Assembly: GCF_004010195.1 (NCBI RefSeq)
Contig: NC_057758.1
Location: 7,345,600 to 7,409,599 of the forward strand
DNA from: Chiloscyllium plagiosum
Taxonomy: Eukaryota
Length of the DNA: 64,000 nucleotides
Direction of reading: 5' to 3'
Part shown: one piece after another, positions 61,885-64,000 of the stretch
How positions within the stretch are numbered: position 1 is the stretch's first letter
How the letters are laid out: each line of letters begins with the position of its first letter
Made by a program: the position numbers and the translations under genes
The notes under the pieces: model-generated
What the model was told of the DNA's origin: nothing
The model's input: the letters and a program-made list of their open reading frames with translations, nothing else
Database searches by the model: none

Positions 61885-64000
61885 ATGCAGCACTCCCACA
61901 GCATTGACCCTCCAACAGTGTGACACTCCCTCAGCACTGAGAGTCCAACAGTGCGGCGCTCCCACAGCACTGACCCTCTGAAAGTGCGCCGCTCCCTCAG
62001 CAATTAGACACCAACAGTGCGGCACTCCCTTAGCTCTGACCCTCCGACAGTGTCCGATCCATCAGCACTGACCCTCTGACAATGCGCCGCTCCCTCAGCA
62101 CTGACCCTCCAACAGTGCAGCACTCCCTCAGCACTGAATCCAAAAGTGCGGCACTGCCTCAGCACTGACACTCCAATAGTGCGGCACTCCCTCAGTACTG
62201 ATCCTCCAGCTGTGCGGCACTCCCTCAGCACTGACTCTCTGAGAGTGCGATATTCCCGCAGCACCGCCCCCTCCAACAGTGCCCCCTTTCAACAGGACTG
62301 ACCCTCAGACAGTGCTCATTCCAACAGCACTGAACTTCAGCATGTCTGGAGCTCCTTCAGCACTGACCCGACACGAGTGCCGACTCCCTCAGCGCTGACG
62401 CTCTGATAGTGCCCACTCTCTCATCACTGACACTCCGACAATGCGCCGCTCCCTCAGCACTTAGACTCCAACTGTGTGGCACTCCCTCAGCAATGACCGT
62501 CCGACAGTGTCTGCTCCATTAGCCGTGACATTCCAACAGTGTCCACTCCCTCAGCACCATCAATTCAACAGTGCGGTTATCCTTCAGCACTGACAGTATG
62601 ATAGTGCGCCGCTCCCCAGCACTGATCCTCCGAGAGTACAGCACTCCCTCAGCACTGACCTTCCAACAGTGCGGCACTCTCTCAGCATTGACCCTCTGAC
62701 AGTATGGCACTCCCTCAGCACTGACCTTGCAATAGTGCAGCACTCCCTCAGCACAGACCGTCCAACAGTGCGGCACTCTCTCAGCATTGACCCTCTGACA
62801 GTGCGGCACTCCCTCAGCACTGACCTTGCAATAGTGCAGCACTCCCTCAGCACAGACCGTCCGACACTGCGACACACCCACAACACTGACTCTCTGAAGG
62901 TGCAGCACTCCCTCAGCATTGACCCTCTGACAGTTAGATGCTCAATTAGCACCTACATTCCGACGGTTTGGCACTTCCTCAGCACTGACACTACAATAAT
63001 GCAACATTCCCACAGCGCTGCCCCCTCCAACAATGCCCCCCTCCAACAGGACTGACCCTCAGACAGTGCCCAATCCAACAGCTCTGAACTTCAGCAAGTC
63101 TGGAACTCCTTCAGCACTGACCGCTTGATAGTGCTCACTCCCTCAGCATTGACCCACTGATCGTGCCCACTCCATCAGCACTGACCCTCCGACAGGTCCC
63201 ACTCCTTCAGCACTGACTCTCCAAAAGTGCCACCTCCCTCAGCACTGACCCTTTGACACTGCAGCGCTCCCTCAGCACTGACAGTCCGACAGTGTTGTAT
63301 TCCCTCAGCACTGACCCTGTGACAGTGCAGCAATGCCTCAGCACTATCCCCCGACAGTACGGCACTCCCGCAGCACTGACACTCAAACAGTGCATCACTG
63401 CCTCAGCACTGACCCTCCGACAGTGCAGCACACCCTCATCACTGATACCCTGACAGTGCGGCACCCCTTCAGCACTGACCCTCTAATAGTGCGGCACTCG
63501 GCAGCACTGATCCCCGACACTGCGGCACACCCTCAGCAATGATCCTCCAACAGTGCTGCACTTCCTCAGTACTGACCCTCCAACTGTGCCCACACCCTCA
63601 GCACTATATCTCTGACATGCACAATCCATCAGCACTGACACTCTGACAGTAAGTCATTCCCTCAGAACTGACACTCCAATAGTGCCCCCCCCCCCCCAGC
63701 ACTGACCCTTCGACATTGCGGCGCTCCCTCAGGACTATCCCTCTGACATGCGGCACTCCCTCAACACTGATCCTAGGACAGAATGTCACTCCCACATCAC
63801 TGGCCCTCCCATAATGTGGCACTCCCTCAGCACTGACCCTCTGACAGTGCAGCACTCCCTCAGTACTGACCCTCCAACAATGCGGTACTCCCTCAGTACT
63901 GTCCCTCCAACTGTGCCCACTCCCTCAGCAATGTCACTTCAACAGTGCAGCTCTCCCTCATCATTGACCCTCTGATGGTGCAGCATTCCCTCAGTACTGA
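61885..64000. repeat. ~33-bp minisatellite (cagcactgaccctccgacagtgcggcactccct)
   Basis: Continuous array to the end of the window, with a local 99-bp higher-order repeat at ~62650-62860. Confidence 0.93.

Noticed and set aside
62004..63975. Cys/His-rich ORFs suggesting zinc fingers, and regular spacing suggesting a CRISPR array
   Set aside because: Pure tandem satellite with no unique spacers, no finger spacing and a eukaryotic context.

Overview
Repeat-dense, gene-poor vertebrate DNA, most likely from a shark or other elasmobranch (inferred from HE1/V-SINE-type SINEs, CR1 LINEs and Penelope-like elements). No intact host CDS was recognised. The main feature is a defective but complete-architecture class I (gamma/HERV-I-like) endogenous retrovirus at about 15646-24429, with order LTR-PBS(Pro-like)-gag-pro-pol-env-PPT-LTR. 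Its LTRs are strongly diverged, gag has an internal deletion and there is a nested insertion. The window also holds several Penelope-like retroelements (RT plus GIY-YIG): one ~4 kb inverted pair with a single target-site duplication, one interrupting a C2H2 zinc-finger pseudogene, and non-autonomous inverted-repeat derivatives, several with hammerhead-ribozyme-like cores. Other content: many CR1 fragments, two degenerate tRNA copies (Ser-GCT, Ile-AAT), five minisatellite arrays, three near-identical tandem duplications, an unclassified ~2 kb repeat present twice in opposite orientation, and two phase-compatible exons of an unidentified pseudogene near 61-62 kb. There are four assembly gaps. 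Boundaries were read by eye and family names come from recalled motifs, not database searches.
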